From positions 14,012,001 through 14,076,000 of the forward strand of contig OZ024748.1 in the NCBI GenBank assembly GCA_964016885.1: a stretch of 64,000 nt of DNA. Direction: 5' to 3'. The stretch comes from Eledone cirrhosa (Eukaryota). The notes below the pieces were generated by a model. The model made no database searches. It was not told where the DNA came from and saw only the letters and a program-made list of their open reading frames with translations. Of the stretch, positions 42,125 to 57,800 are shown piece by piece. Each line of letters starts with the position of its first letter. The stretch's first letter is position 1. Position numbers and translations under genes: made by a program.

Positions 42125-42615
42125 AAACGAATTATCGACTCTAGTATTTGATTGGTACTTTTTTTTTATCCAACTCGAATGGATGAAAGGCAAAGCTGAC
42201 CTCTGCGTGACTTTAACTCAGAAAGCAGAGAGTCGAAACGAATAATGAAAAGCGTTCCATCTAACATTCTAACGACTTTATCAATTCACCGCCTTTATCG
42301 TACTTCTTTACTGATGTTTTATTTTAACCTCCCTTAAAAGATGAAGCAATGTTTTGTCGATTTTGTCCATCTTATACCTTTTACATCAATTATTTAAATA
42401 GGTTTTGAACTTAATCACCACACTGGTAATTTCGGATAGAGGGAAAATCAATCAAATCGACCTCCGAAAACAATTTGATGGCTTAGTAATTTATTTCATC
42501 GACCACTGAAAAATGAAGAGCAAAATTGACCTCGGAGGGGATTGAACTCAGAACGTAAAGAACCCGAACAAATTTAACAAAACATTTTGTCCGATGCACT
42601 GTCGATTCTCGGTCT
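42125..42615 (-). mobile_element. two diverged SINE copies
   Basis: GGATGAAAGGCAAAGCTGACCTC and AAATTGACCTCGGAGGGGATTGAACTCAGAACGTAAAG. Confidence 0.7.
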
Positions 42616-43289
42616 AAGCGCTGCCCCCACACATCAAACATAAATAATACATTTGAAATGATTTTGTTCGTCTTTCCTATTAAACACAGAAGTATGAATA
42701 TGTAGAGAAAGAATTTATCAGAGCGGAAACAATTTATCAGAGCTGAAATAAAGACAAGAGGTATCTCTAATTGATATTGTATATAAAGGCAGAGAATCTA
42801 ATCACTTCAGATGAAGCATGCAAATATTTGGCTATTTAAACCTGTTTATGAGGAAATGCAGACTGAATGTGCAGAAAGCGTAGTGAGCTGCTAGTTGCTT
42901 CCTCCTTGTAATTCCGTTTTCCGGTCATGGTTGATGGCTAAAAAGAGTGAGTGATGTAGACTTTACCAAGCTAATTTCACCCCCAGTTCTGACATATAAC
43001 TAATAATAGGAAACTAAGCTGCTCAAGTTGTGACCCATTTAATCGTTTGTTGTTTAGAATTGGATATTTTTATCATAGAAATGTTTCGATGAAATACAGA
43101 GCAGCATGTTATTATACAAAATTTAATTCCAATAAACATATCGAGGTAGAAATACTGCTGTTGCTGACAACTCATATTAATTAAATTAGTCCGATAACTG
43201 CAGGAGAGTACTGAAAGCATGTTTCAATCTAATTAATCCCCGTCAGTGAAACTGACTTCGACTTATTTTTCCAAATAACGATAGAAGAG

Positions 43290-43574
43290 ATTTTATGCTA
43301 AAATAATTGTTTCTACTTTTGGCACAATACCAGCATACCTAGTGCATTACTGGTACTTTATTTTATCGACCCCGTAAGGATGAAAGGCAAAGTTAACCTC
43401 GGCTGGATTTGAACTCAGAATGGCAACGTCTGTAACTCTATGCGTCAAAGCATGGCGTCCGACCCTCTTCGGATACTGCCAATCCATTTATATTATTTTA
43501 TGTACCAGTAATGCACTGAGATAATTGCTGTCCTTGTGCCAAAAGTAGAAACAATTATTTTATGCTAAAATAAT
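43290..43574 (-). mobile_element. SINE with an inverted second tail, bounded by an 18-bp TSD
   Basis: ATTTTATGCTAAAATAAT at 43290-43307 and 43557-43574; plus-strand tail at 43502-43557. Confidence 0.85.
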
Positions 43575-44004
43575 ATAAATGATTACTAGAACTCTATATA
43601 TTAGCTTTCATTACGTTTCATGCTCTGCGGCTTAGACTTTTCTCTCTTTACGTTCTGGGATCAAATACGCCGGGATCAAATCGTAACGGGTTCGATATTG
43701 ATAAAGCACTAGTTGCGAACTGGACTAGATTTGATGGGCTTCCCCCTGCCCCAAAATATTTGGTCTTGTGCCTAAATCAGAAACCAATGTGTTTAAAAAT
43801 AAAAACTTTCAATATGTTTATTGTTTTAGTGGTGGTTATGGGTATTTGGCCATGATAGTTTGATCGTGTCTTTGATTCCCGACAACACTTTATATCGTAG
43901 GGTTCCCGTCCACTCATGTCGAGAAAATGAATTACGCTGAATCCCCTTGAGAAATGCATTAAGCAAGCACGTATCTGTCGAATCTTCAGACATAAGTACT
44001 TTAA

Positions 44005-44275
44005 TTGTACGAGCAGGTCGTTCCAATGGTTAAGATACTTGACTTAGGATTGTAATGTCGTCAGTTCGAAGCCAGGACTGGCTGTTGCATTGTGGTCTTG
44101 AGCAAAATCATTTATTTCACGTTGTTACTACATACACTCAGTTGAGCAGTAGCAGGTGAGTTAATCCTGTGATTAGTCCGGCGTCCTATCCAGTGAGATT
44201 ATTGTAATCTCAGCGAAGGTAATCGAGAATAAGCTCCGACCTAATGAGCCTTCGGCTTAGACCAGGCTTCAACTA
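44005..44275 (+). mobile_element. second tRNA-derived SINE family (CORE/Meta-like body), diverged
   Basis: ATGGTTAAG..GTTCGAAGCC head, TTGTGGTCTTGAGCAA..TTTATTTCACGTTG; relatives at ~45690 and 60875-61100. Confidence 0.65.
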
Positions 44276-44974
44276 ACACAATGTTCCATTGCTCGAACAA
44301 CTGGGACATTGGATGTTGGAATAGGGGGGTATCCAACACACACATTTAATGTTCAGATAGTGTATATGCTGTTATGAGTGTCATATGTATCTGTCACATT
44401 AAATTGCAATAAGATGACTAGCAATGCTGTTCATTGAGACTTATCATCAAGCCGCTGTAATTGAATGAACAGTTTAAAACTTACTGATTTCATTTGAAAT
44501 TGGGAAGTTTTACACAAGCTTATAATGACATTAGTAACTCGATTGCCCCATTAGTAATCTTTATAGAGGCTTCATTCTAGGTTCAAATTCTTAGAAATAA
44601 AAATACAAATAAAATTTTTATGATGTTTTAGTGATTCTAGTAAATCGAACTTGAAATCTCTAGAGCTGTTACATTTCGTTTTAATTCTCGATGAACAGAA
44701 GATTGTCTCTTAAATATTGCCTTCTCGATGTGACGTAGATGTTATTGCGGACAAAGAAGAAGAAAAAAGTCCTCGCACAAGAAGTAATACTGATTAAAGG
44801 ATCATTTAATAGTATACGAGACTTGCGACTGGTGTGTAGAGGGGGAGAATGCTTGAGATGAGTTTTATAGTACTGCAATGAAGATATAAACTCCAAAGAT
44901 TGCAGAAGATAACATGAGGCAATAAAATCAAAATGAAATTTTACATTCACTCTGATATTAACCTTTTCTCACAG

Positions 44975-45050
44975 ATCTTTATTACATTACAAAGATAATG
45001 AAAACGGAAGACATTTGGGAAAAACTGTCCCAGTTCGTGTTTACTTTTAA
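44975..45050 (+). CDS. candidate terminal coding exon (R-SLLHYKDNENGRHLGKTVPVRVYF*)
   Basis: acceptor CCTTTTCTCACAG; the phase-2 entry fits exon 11694-11764; unique downstream sequence with AATAAA at ~45451 and ~45523. Confidence 0.45.
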
Positions 45051-46001
45051 TTGATTTATTAGTGTACAATTCGAAAGGTTTACGCTTTAATTAAAATATC
45101 CTTTCCTTTCATTTCAAATAGATGTTTGCTTCGGTCGAAGAAAGAAATGGAAAAAAATGATAACGTTCAGGGCAAAGTATCTTCTAACTACATCTATTTT
45201 CTAACGTATAACACTCTCCGTTCACTCTGTAACCTTTAAAACATTAACGGACATTATCCGATGTCACTTAAGATTTTAAGAATCGTTCTGTAGGGAATTG
45301 CTTTGTGCACAACAGCTCTTTGATCTTTATCAAAGACATTCAGTAATATAAATGTGAGAGAAAAATTACTAGCTTGGCAATGATCTTATTACAATTTCTC
45401 GTTGTACAATCTGTTAGCTTTTGTCAGACGATCTTCTGCAAGGAAAGACAAATAAATCTTATTTATCGATTACTACCTTCTTGTGGTTGTTTGAATTAGA
45501 ATTCCAATGTAGAACTGTTGAGAAATAAAGTGCTCTAAATATTCATGTAGTTTGACTTTTGCAAATTCCCAAATTTCTCCAAGAAACATTTTCATTAAAG
45601 ATGTATGTCGTATCAGACTGAAACGGCACTCTGCTGTTTTAGATTAGTGCTAAATTTTCCGTTTAATTTCGTCGTTTGAAGGTATATAGCCTAGTACTTA
45701 AGGGAGTTAAGCTCACGGTCATAAGGTCGAGTGTGCAATTCCTGGACAGTGCGGCGTGAGATGTTCTGAAGCAAAACGATTTATTTCGCGATGTTTTTCA
45801 TTAAAACTCCCGAAATGCCTCCTTATTCCCACAAAATACTTCCTTACATGAGAGGAAACCTCGTAAGTATAAGCTGCAAATTTAATTTCTTTTCATATAA
45901 ACGCATCGGGGAAGCATTAGTGAAACTCATGCAATTTTATATTCATGTTAACTTTGCTATACTTTTCTGTCCAGTTATTTTACAATATTAGATATAAAAA
46001 T

Positions 46002-46240
46002 GGCGGTGGCTTGGCAGTATCTGGTAGAGCGTCGGGCAACATGCGTTGCGGCATATAGTTCTGAGTTAAAATTTCGTCCTTTACGTTCTGATTTCAAATC
46101 CCGCCGAAGTTAACTTTGCCTTTCATCCGTACAGGGTTGCTAAAATAAAGTACCAGTAACGCACTGATGTAGATTTAATAGACTTTTGCTTTCCTCACAG
46201 ATTGTTGGTCTTGTGCCTAAATTAGAAGCCATTATATTAG
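46002..46240 (+). mobile_element. full-length SINE
   Basis: GGCGGTGGCTTGGCAGTATC head through ATT tail. Confidence 0.85.
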
Positions 46241-46279
46241 AGTGTCTCTAACAATATTCCTTGATGATAGGATAAAGTA

Positions 46280-46975
46280 TCAAGTAAAATAAAGGTTTCT
46301 GATAGAGGCACAAGGCCAATAATTTCGGGGGAGGGGAAAAAATCGATTAAATCGACCCTAGTGCGTGACTGATACTTTATTTTAGTGACCCCATAAGGCA
46401 AAGTTAACCTCGGTGGGAATTGAATTCAGATCATAAAGTAACTTAACTCTATGGTGAAAAGCATGGCGTCCGACTCTCTGCCGATACTAACAATCCACCG
46501 CCCTAATATCAGGTAAAATAATGATTTCTTATATAGGCACAACGCCAGTAATTTGTGGGAGGCGAAAGTCAATTAAATCAACTCCAGTGCGTGACTGGTA
46601 CTTTTTTTTATCGACACCGTAAGGATGAAAGGCAAAGTTAACCACAGAAGGATTTGAGCTCAGAAGGTAAAGGATCATAATTCTTTGCCGCAAAGTATAT
46701 TAGCCGACGCTCTACCGATACTGCCAATCCACCGCTCTGTATCAGTGAAATAATTGTTTCTGATTTAGACACAAAGCCAACAATTTTGGGGAGGACAAAA
46801 TCGACTAAAACGACCCCAGTGTGTGACTGGTACTTTATTTTATCGACTCTAAAATGATGAAAGACAAAGCTCACCTCGGCGAGATTTGAACTCAGAACAT
46901 AAAGGACCGTAACTCTATGCCGCAAAGCATGTTGGTCGAAGCTTTACCGATACTGACAATACAAAGCTTTGTACT
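46280..46975 (-). mobile_element. three head-to-tail SINEs (~230-bp period)
   Basis: junction motif ATCA(A/G)GT(A/G)AAATAA at ~46280, 46508 and 46741. Confidence 0.9.
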
Positions 46976-46989
46976 AGTCAATTAAGGAG

Positions 46990-48510
46990 GTGATAGTGAT
47001 TATGGTGATGGTGATTGTAGTGGTGGTGGTGGTGGAGTTGGTGATTGAAATGGTGGTGGTGGTGGTGGTGATTATAATGGTGGTGGTGGTGGTGGTTATG
47101 GTTGTAGTGGTGGTGGTGGTGGTGTTGGTGGTGGCGCTTGTAGTGGTGGTGTTGATGGTGGTGTTAATGGGTGGTGGTGATTATAGTGGTGGTGGTGGTG
47201 GTGACTTTGTTGGCGGTGGTGGTGATTTTGTGGTGATGATGGTGATTGCGATGGCAGTGGTAGTGGTGTTGGTGGTAGTGATTCTGATGGTGGCTGTGGG
47301 GGGGGGGTGATTGAGGTGCTGGTGATGCTTGCGGTGGTGATGCTGGTGGTGGTCATGATGTTGGTGGTGGTGATGGTTGTTGGGTGGTAGTGGTGGTTGA
47401 GAAAGTGGTTGTAGCGCTGTTGGTGATGGTGATGGTTGTTGGGTGGTAGTGGTGGTTGAGAAAGTGGTTGTAGCGCTGTTGGTGATGGTGATGGTTGTTG
47501 GGTGGTAGTGGTGGTTGAGAAAGTGGTTGTAGCGCTGTTGGTGATGGTGATGGTTGTTGGGTGGTAGTGGTGGTTGAGAAAGTGGTTGTAGCGCTGTTGG
47601 TGATGGTGATGGTTGTTGGGTGGTAGTGGTGGTTGAGAAAGTGGTTGTAGCGCTGGTGGTGATGGTGATGGTTGGTGGGTGGTAGTGGTGGTTGAGAAAG
47701 TGGTTGTAGCGCTGTTGGTGATGGTGATGGTTGGTGGGTGGTAGTGGTGGTTGAGAAAGTGGTTGTAGCGCTGTTGGTGATGGTGATGGTTGTTGGGTGG
47801 TAGTGGTGGTTGAGAAAGTGGTTGTAGCGCTGGTGGTAGTGATTGTGATGGTTGGTGGGTGGTAGTGGTGGTTGAGAAAGTGGTTGTAGCGCTGTTGGTG
47901 ATGGTGATGGTTGGTGGGTGGTAGTGGTGGTTGAGAAAGTGGTTGTAGCGCTGGTGGTAGTGATTGTGATGGTTGGTGGGTGGTAGTGGTGGTTGAGAAA
48001 GTGGTTGTAGCGCTGGTGTTGATGGTGATGGTTGGTGGGTGGTAGTGATGATAATGGCTGCGGTGGTGGTGATAGCGATGGTAGTGGATTTGCGATGGTG
48101 GTAGTGATGGCTATCGGAGCCTTCGTTTTTGGTGTTGGTGTTGGTGGTGGTGGTTGTTTCCATTGTGATAGTTGTGGAGATGCCGATGGTAGTGGAATGC
48201 TGGTGGTGGCTGTGATGGTGGTGATGGTTGTTGTCGGCGTCTTCGTCGTGGTTTGGGTGGTGGTGGTGCTAATGTTTGTGGTCGTGTTGGTGGTTGTCAT
48301 GCTAGCGATGTTGTTGGTGTTGGAGATGGTGGAATTAAAGGTCTGTGCGGTTGTGTGATGCTGGTGGTTGTAGTGGTGTTGGTGCTGGTTGTGTGGATGA
48401 TGTTGAATACGTTGATGGTGGCGTAGGTGTTGTTGTGGTCGTGCAGGGGCTGCTGGTGATGGATTGTGGTGGTGGCGTGGATGATGTCGAGTATATTGAT
48501 GGTGGTGTTG
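46990..48510. repeat. GGT-rich tract containing a 59/62-bp minisatellite (~11 units, 47355-48050)
   Basis: GAAAGTGGTTGTAGCGCTG recurs at 47401, 47460, 47519 and onward. Confidence 0.95.
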
Positions 48511-48801
48511 AGACATTAATCCCAGCTTCTCAATGCACATTGTAGGATATAAGCTTATTTCACATTAAGTGATTATTACACAAACACACACACACTGACA
48601 TTCACATACTATTTGAGATGTAACGGCGGCCATTTTTCACAATAGTTAATGCCTTCAGTTTAGTTGAGAATTAAAAGGGAGACGGAAGCACACTTGTCGT
48701 TTTCAATATAGCTTTTAATTATGTCGCCATTTTGTATTTCTTGTTTATGTGACTTAGAAGTGAAAAAATAGTTATGCTTTACTCTTTATCTCTCTCTTTC
48801 T

Positions 48802-48837
<36 letters not shown>

Positions 48838-48917
48838 TAGATAGATATTTATATATAGATATAGATATCCATTTATAAATTTGCATACATATATCTATAT
48901 ATATCCATATATATATA

Positions 48918-48961
<44 letters not shown>

Positions 48962-49819
48962 TATACACATATACATATATACATATACATACATATACAT
49001 ACATATAGATATAGATATATATACATATACATACATATAGATATATATATATATACATATACATATATATACGTATACATATACATATATATATATACAT
49101 ATACATACACATATATGCACACATATATATACATGTATATATATATACATATATATACACATATATGCACACATATATATACATGTATATATATATACAC
49201 ACATATATACACATATATATATATATATATACATACACGTATATATGCATACATACATACATATATATACATACATGCGTCTACGTATGTATGTGTGATT
49301 ATATGACGGTGACACTTACACCCACCCACCCCACTCACACAGACACAACTAAAAGCACAGACACTCACACACCCATACATACACACACATAGACAGATAT
49401 TTTTCTCTTCGGTTTCTTTGTTCTCACACTTGCAAACTCCGATAATATTGGACAGATATTTTTCTCTTACTAACTCTATCGATCGACCGAAACACGTATA
49501 GAATCTTCATCAATGCTACTAACGCCCTTATGACAGGCTAAGTGTTTTTATTTTAATACTTTCTGCCCACAAATCCTTCCAAATCTTATTCAATTCTCGG
49601 TCATGCAGTCGTGAAATTCTTCATAAAGTCTGTGCTACCCACTTTAACGGGTTTCATTCACCGTGAAATTATTTTATTGTGGTAGAGAAAGACCAGTAAA
49701 CTCTCGCAACAATCCAGTCGGATTATTAAATAACTGACGCAACTCGGTTCAAGATTAATGTTCCTCTAAATATTCATTTATGCGCAAAAAGGCAATGGGA
49801 TTTAGCAATATTTTTCTTC

Positions 49820-51970
<2,151 letters not shown>

Positions 51971-52326
51971 TTGGTTATATCTACTACTTAATATGTGGTG
52001 GGTGTTTGAAATGGTTGTATATGAATATATGAAAATAATCGTTAAAATCCATAGATATATATATGCATGTTTATATGTATATATACATACACACACACCT
52101 ATATATATATATAGGTGTGTGTGTGTGTGTGTGTGCCTAAGTGTTCGTATATGTATGTGTATTATCAAATTTACAACTCAGTAAAATTCGTTAAGACATC
52201 TCAGTTCTTCTAGGATTTAATAACCAAATAATTTTCCCAAATGCATATCTGTATATATATGTATACATATATGGGTATGTCTGTATGTATATGAGTATAT
52301 GTGGTGAGATTGTATGTGTGTGTGTA

Positions 52327-52384
<58 letters not shown>

Positions 52385-52444
52385 TATCAATTATATGAAT
52401 TATGTGTGGCAGATGATATACCCCCATGTACATTCGCACACACG

Positions 52445-52537
52445 CATATATATTTGGTCGTCAAGTATGAAATTTGTAGAAATGTGTTTATTTCTTAGAA
52501 ATTCCTACAAATTTCATACTTGATGACCCAATATATA
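52445..52537. repeat. short fold-back next to (TA)n
   Basis: GGTCGTCAAGTATGAAATTTGTAG versus CTACAAATTTCATACTTGATGACC. Confidence 0.75.
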
Positions 52538-52607
52538 TATATATATATAAATATATATATTAGTGTAAAAGAACAAAGGAACTATTATGACATTATAACA
52601 AGTTTAT

Positions 52608-52654
52608 TGCCGACAGCCGTTTCGTCCGACCCCATGGTGGGACTTATCAAGGCA
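52608..52654 (-). ncRNA. minimal type-I hammerhead ribozyme, U3-A8 variant
   Basis: TGCC TTGATAA GTCC-C-ACC-ATGG-GGT-C-GGAC GAAAC GGCT GTC GGCA followed by ATAAA; lies in the TA-flanked segment 52560-52795. Confidence 0.75.
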
Positions 52655-52790
52655 TATAACATGTGATTGCAAGATCATTGTTTACATCAACGTATCACTC
52701 AAGGCTAGCAGTTTGAAATTGTTGTATACATCAGCAACTCCGCTTGTATAGTTGGGGTCAATATTCACATACGACCTACCATACATCTTA

Positions 52791-52834
<44 letters not shown>

Positions 52835-52990
52835 TAAAGTTAGTCCTTCATCAGTGATCTTCCAACCATCATTGGTATTTCATCGCTTTAAAGACCATAT
52901 ACCTCCGGTTGGTGCGAGCAACGGCTAAAAAAAGTCGTTGGGACACGTAACTAAAGGGGACACGAGAGTGTAAACAAACAAAAATGGTGA
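52835..52990 (-). mobile_element. family A fragment (diverged)
   Basis: TTAGTCCTTCATCAGTGAT..CCAACCATCATT..TTTCATCGC aligns to 4041-4150. Confidence 0.7.
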
Positions 52991-53129
52991 AGCAACGATA
53001 TGTCTACTCTCATACATACATGCACACACATACGTGCAAACACGCACTGACATACATACATATTTCACACTCATTGTCACAGCATCTCGTATCTTATCGC
53101 GATATTGGGAATCTTTTTGGACAAGATGA

Positions 53130-53292
53130 AATAATTGTTTCTACTCTTGGCACAAGACCAGCAATTATCCCAGTGCATGACTGGTACTTTATTTTATCGA
53201 CCCCGTAAGGATGAAAGGCAAAATTAACCTCGGCGGGATTTGAACTCAGACTGTAAAGGGGCGGAATTCTATGCATGGCATCTGATCCTCTA
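53130..53292 (-). mobile_element. SINE copy
   Basis: reverse tail, core and B-box. Confidence 0.9.
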
Positions 53293-53754
53293 GGACTTGT
53301 TCATAGAAATACAATAAATATTAGAAAAATAAAGAGAGAAAAGAAAAAGAAACAGGAGAAAAAAGAAGAAAAAGGGTGAAAAAAGAAGAAGAAGAAGAAG
53401 AAAAAAGAAGAGGAAAAATAAGAAAAAGAAGAAACGATGAAAAAAGAAGAAAAGAATAAGAAAAGAATAAGGAAAGAAGAAGAAGAAGAAGAAGAAGAAG
53501 AAGAAGAAGAAGCCCACACAGAAACATACAAAGATCTGACAAAGAAACATTCACATGCATATACAGACAGAAACACACAAACACATATACACAAAAATAT
53601 ACACACAGAATTATATATATATATATATACAGACACATACACGCACACATATACAGCATACATACACAAGCATCCACATAAACATCCGGAGACATAATCT
53701 TATGGTTATACTTGAGTAATATTACACTATGTAGCAAGCAAGTAGATAGAGTTT

Positions 53755-54160
53755 GACATGTAGACAGGAAGACTGACAGGTAGACAGACAAGTTGACAGA
53801 TAAGTTGACAGACAGACAAGTTGACAGACAGACAAATTGACAGACAGACAAGTTGACAAATAGAAAAGTTGACAGATAGACAAGTTGACAGATAGATAAA
53901 GTTGACAGATCGGCAAGTTGTCAGAGATGTTGACAGACAGACAGGTTGACAAATAGACAAGTTGACAGATCGGCAAGTTGACAGATCGACAATTTGACAG
54001 ACAGACAAATTGACAGACAGACAAGTTGACAAATAGAAAAGTTGACAGATAGACAAGTTGACAGATAGATAAAGTTGACAGATCGGCAAGTTGTCAGAGA
54101 TGTTGACAGACAGACAGGTTGACAAATAGACACGTTGACAGATAGACGAGTTTACAGTTG
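53755..54160. repeat. ~16-bp GTTGACAGA(C/T)AGACAA minisatellite with ~173-bp higher-order duplication
   Basis: TAGAAAAGTTGAC at 53861 and 54034. Confidence 0.9.
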
Positions 54161-54272
54161 GATAGATGGACGAACAGATATATAGACATAAAAGCAGACA
54201 TATGGATAGATAGCTAAATACATATGTAGATAGATAGACATGGATGTTTATAGTTAGATTGGTAGTATATAT

Positions 54273-54312
<40 letters not shown>

Positions 54313-54616
54313 GGACAGACAGGTAGGTAGGTATAAACATAGAAATCTAGGTAAATAGGTAGGTAGCTAGATGGAAAGAAATGTATATAGTGAGAGAGAG
54401 ATAAAGAGGGAGAGATTGATAGATAGAGAGATAAGGTGTGCGTGAGACAGAAACGATAGGTAAAATGACAGATCGATATTAGTGATCAGATATCGCCAAT
54501 TACTTGGTAAGACAAGAATGGCTAGCAGATATATACGAACGTGCGCATATAAGCATACACTTATACATACAGAGACGCACCGCTTTACACACACATATTA
54601 TATATATATATATTTA

Positions 54617-54647
<31 letters not shown>

Positions 54648-54799
54648 GGAAACACACAGAGAAACATAAGTGTATATATATACATATACATACACACCAT
54701 ATTTGTACAAGCTATTGATGCTTTAAACCTGACCCAAGAAACAATTAACTGGCATTTTATTTATTGAGGTTGCCGTCTGCCTTCTGGTGTCAAATACAT

Positions 54800-55609
54800 C
54801 AGACACACACACAGACCAACACACACACACAGACCAATACACACACGCAGACCAATACACACACACACAAACACACACACACACACACACACACACTAAC
54901 ACTAACACGCACACAATTGGTGTCACACAGACACAGACCGACACACACGCACACACACACACACAGACCAACACACACACACAAACACAGACCAACACAC
55001 ACACACACACAGACACACACACACAGTTGGTGTCACAGACACAGACCAACACACACTTACAGACACACACACACACACAGTCGGTGTCACACAGACAGAG
55101 ACCAACACACACACACAGACCAATACACACACGCAGACCAATACACACACACACAAACACACACACACACACACACTAACACTAACACGCACACAATTGG
55201 TGTCACACAGACACAGACCGACACACACGCACACACACACACAGACCAACACACACACACAAACACAGACCAACACACACACACACACACACAGTTGGTG
55301 TCACAGACACAGACCAACACACACTTACAGACACACACACACACACACACACACACTAACACTAACACGCACACAATTGGTGTCACACAGACACAGACCG
55401 ACACACACGCACACACACACACACAGACCAACACACACACACAAACACAGACCAACACACACACACACACAGACACACACACACAGTTGGTGTCACAGAC
55501 ACAGACCAACACACACTTACAGACACACACACAGTCGGTGTCACACAGACACAGACCAACACACACACATACACTAACACACACAGTCGGTGTCACAGAG
55601 ACACAGACC

Positions 55610-55700
<91 letters not shown>
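54800..55700. repeat. (CA)n-derived higher-order repeat
   Basis: ACTAACACTAACACGCACACAATTGGTGTCAC at ~54895, 55175 and 55355. Confidence 0.9.
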
Positions 55701-55703
<3 letters not shown>

Positions 55704-55961
55704 TACTTAAGTGCACGCAACGTGACTACACCAAATCCATCCATTCAACCATGACAAGGTATGACACACGCACGCGGTAGACAGAAGTCCATTGATGTCT
55801 ACATATGTTATTACACATTCGATCTCGACAATTAATATGTGTGTTGTGTGCGTGTATATGTGTGTGTGTGTGTGTGTGTGGAATGACGGTATGAGAGCGT
55901 ATGTGTGTGTATTTATATGTGATATATATATATACACATATATATATATATATTTCTGTGA

Positions 55962-56014
<53 letters not shown>

Positions 56015-56200
56015 TACATATGCATATATATATATATATAAATATATATTTGTGTGAATATATAGATACATACATACATATATATATTTGTGTGAATATA
56101 TACATATATACATATATAAGTATGTATGTATGTATAAGTAAGTGCCGTAATAAGAGTGAGAATGAAATTTCGTTTCGTTCTAATCCATTTACATATATAT

Positions 56201-56755
56201 CTCCCCATTTTTTCACATATATTTACCTAAACTGCGATTCTGTTTTTCTCTCTCTCTCTCTCTCTCTTACTGCTCCCTCGTTCTCTCTGTTTCTCTTACT
56301 TTCTTTCGCCCCCTCTGTCATGTCAGTTAACACTTTCTCTCCACTGACCTCTTCCTCACACTTCCACTCACTCACTCGCTGTTTCTCCCCTTCTCACTTC
56401 ACCCCGTTCGCGACGAAAACAATTTCCTTCTTTCTTACATTTGGATTCATCTCGAAAGGTCTTTTTTCTACGCGCTCATATATTCACCCAGCTTATGCTG
56501 ACAGAATAACTATGTAGCTTGTGCCCTTCCTTTCTACGGCTAGCTTTCCTCTTTGTTGTTTACTTGTCTCACTCGCTTTACGCGTTTTAATTGTCTTAAT
56601 AACTTAATTTAGTTATTATTGCGCCAACGTGAGGTATATGATTTTTAATGCAATGAAATATCTATGATCGTTGGCAAATCACTGATGAGGGACTCATTTT
56701 ATAACATGTTAACCATGTGCAACCTGCAGTATTCTTCTCCCCATTTTTTCATATA
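56201..56755 (+). mobile_element. family A, ~536-bp terminally redundant unit
   Basis: CTCCCCATTTTTTCA at 56201 and 56737; aligns in reverse to 3982-4597; CTGATGA at ~56682. Confidence 0.7.
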
Positions 56756-56816
56756 TATATAATTATATATATATATATATATGAATATATACATATATAC
56801 ATATACATATATGTGA

Positions 56817-56864
<48 letters not shown>

Positions 56865-56949
56865 GTGTCTGCATAAATACATAGATATGTGCCTGTGTAT
56901 TGCGTTTGTACATTCGTAATTTTTGTTTTAGCTACGTGCTATTGAAGAC

Positions 56950-57205
56950 ACAATTATTTCCAAATTGTTCATAACATATTTCTTATAGCTGCTTACGATT
57001 CCTTCACAACACGTTCGGGACAACAAATTTGACACACACACTCACACAAACACAAATACACACATACACAAACACAAATACACACATACACGCACGCACG
57101 CACACAAACACACACGATTATTTCCAAATTCTTCATAACATATTTCTTATAGCTTCTTACAATTCCTTGACAACACGTTCAGGACAAGAAAGTTGACTAC
57201 ACACA
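56950..57205. repeat. ~85-bp segment duplicated with (CA)n spacers
   Basis: ATTATTTCCAAATT.TTCATAACATATTTCTTATAGCT at ~56953 and ~57117. Confidence 0.85.
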
Positions 57206-57769
57206 CACACACGCACACGCACATACGTACACACACAGATAGAAAGACAGATATTTACATTGACAGATAGATAGATAGATAAAATGTTTATAGATAAAAC
57301 CACTACGCCCATTATTCAACAACACTATATTTAAAACCGGGAGTGGGGTCTATATATATATATATATATGTGTATATGTGCATATATATGTATATAAGTA
57401 TATGTATATATGTGTGTATATATGTATATAAATATGTGTATATATATATGTATATATATATGTGTATTTATATGTATATATATATGTGTATATATATGTA
57501 TATATATATATGTGTATATATATGTATATATATATATGCGTATATGTATATATATATATGTATATATACATATGTATATGTATATACATATGTATGTATA
57601 TGTATATATATATGTATATATATACATATACAGAGAGAGGGTGAGAGACAGGGTGAGAGAGAGTGAGTGAGAGAGAGGGGGTGAGAGAGAGAGGATGAGA
57701 GAGAGAGAGGGGCTGAGAGGGTGTGAGAGATTTTGATAGAGTGAGTGAGAGTGAGAGAGTGTGAGAAAG

Positions 57770-57800
<31 letters not shown>

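Noticed and set aside
47096-48540. 355/395-aa His/Thr/Pro-rich ORFs
   Set aside because: The 59-bp unit is not a multiple of three and cycles through frames; low-complexity artefact.
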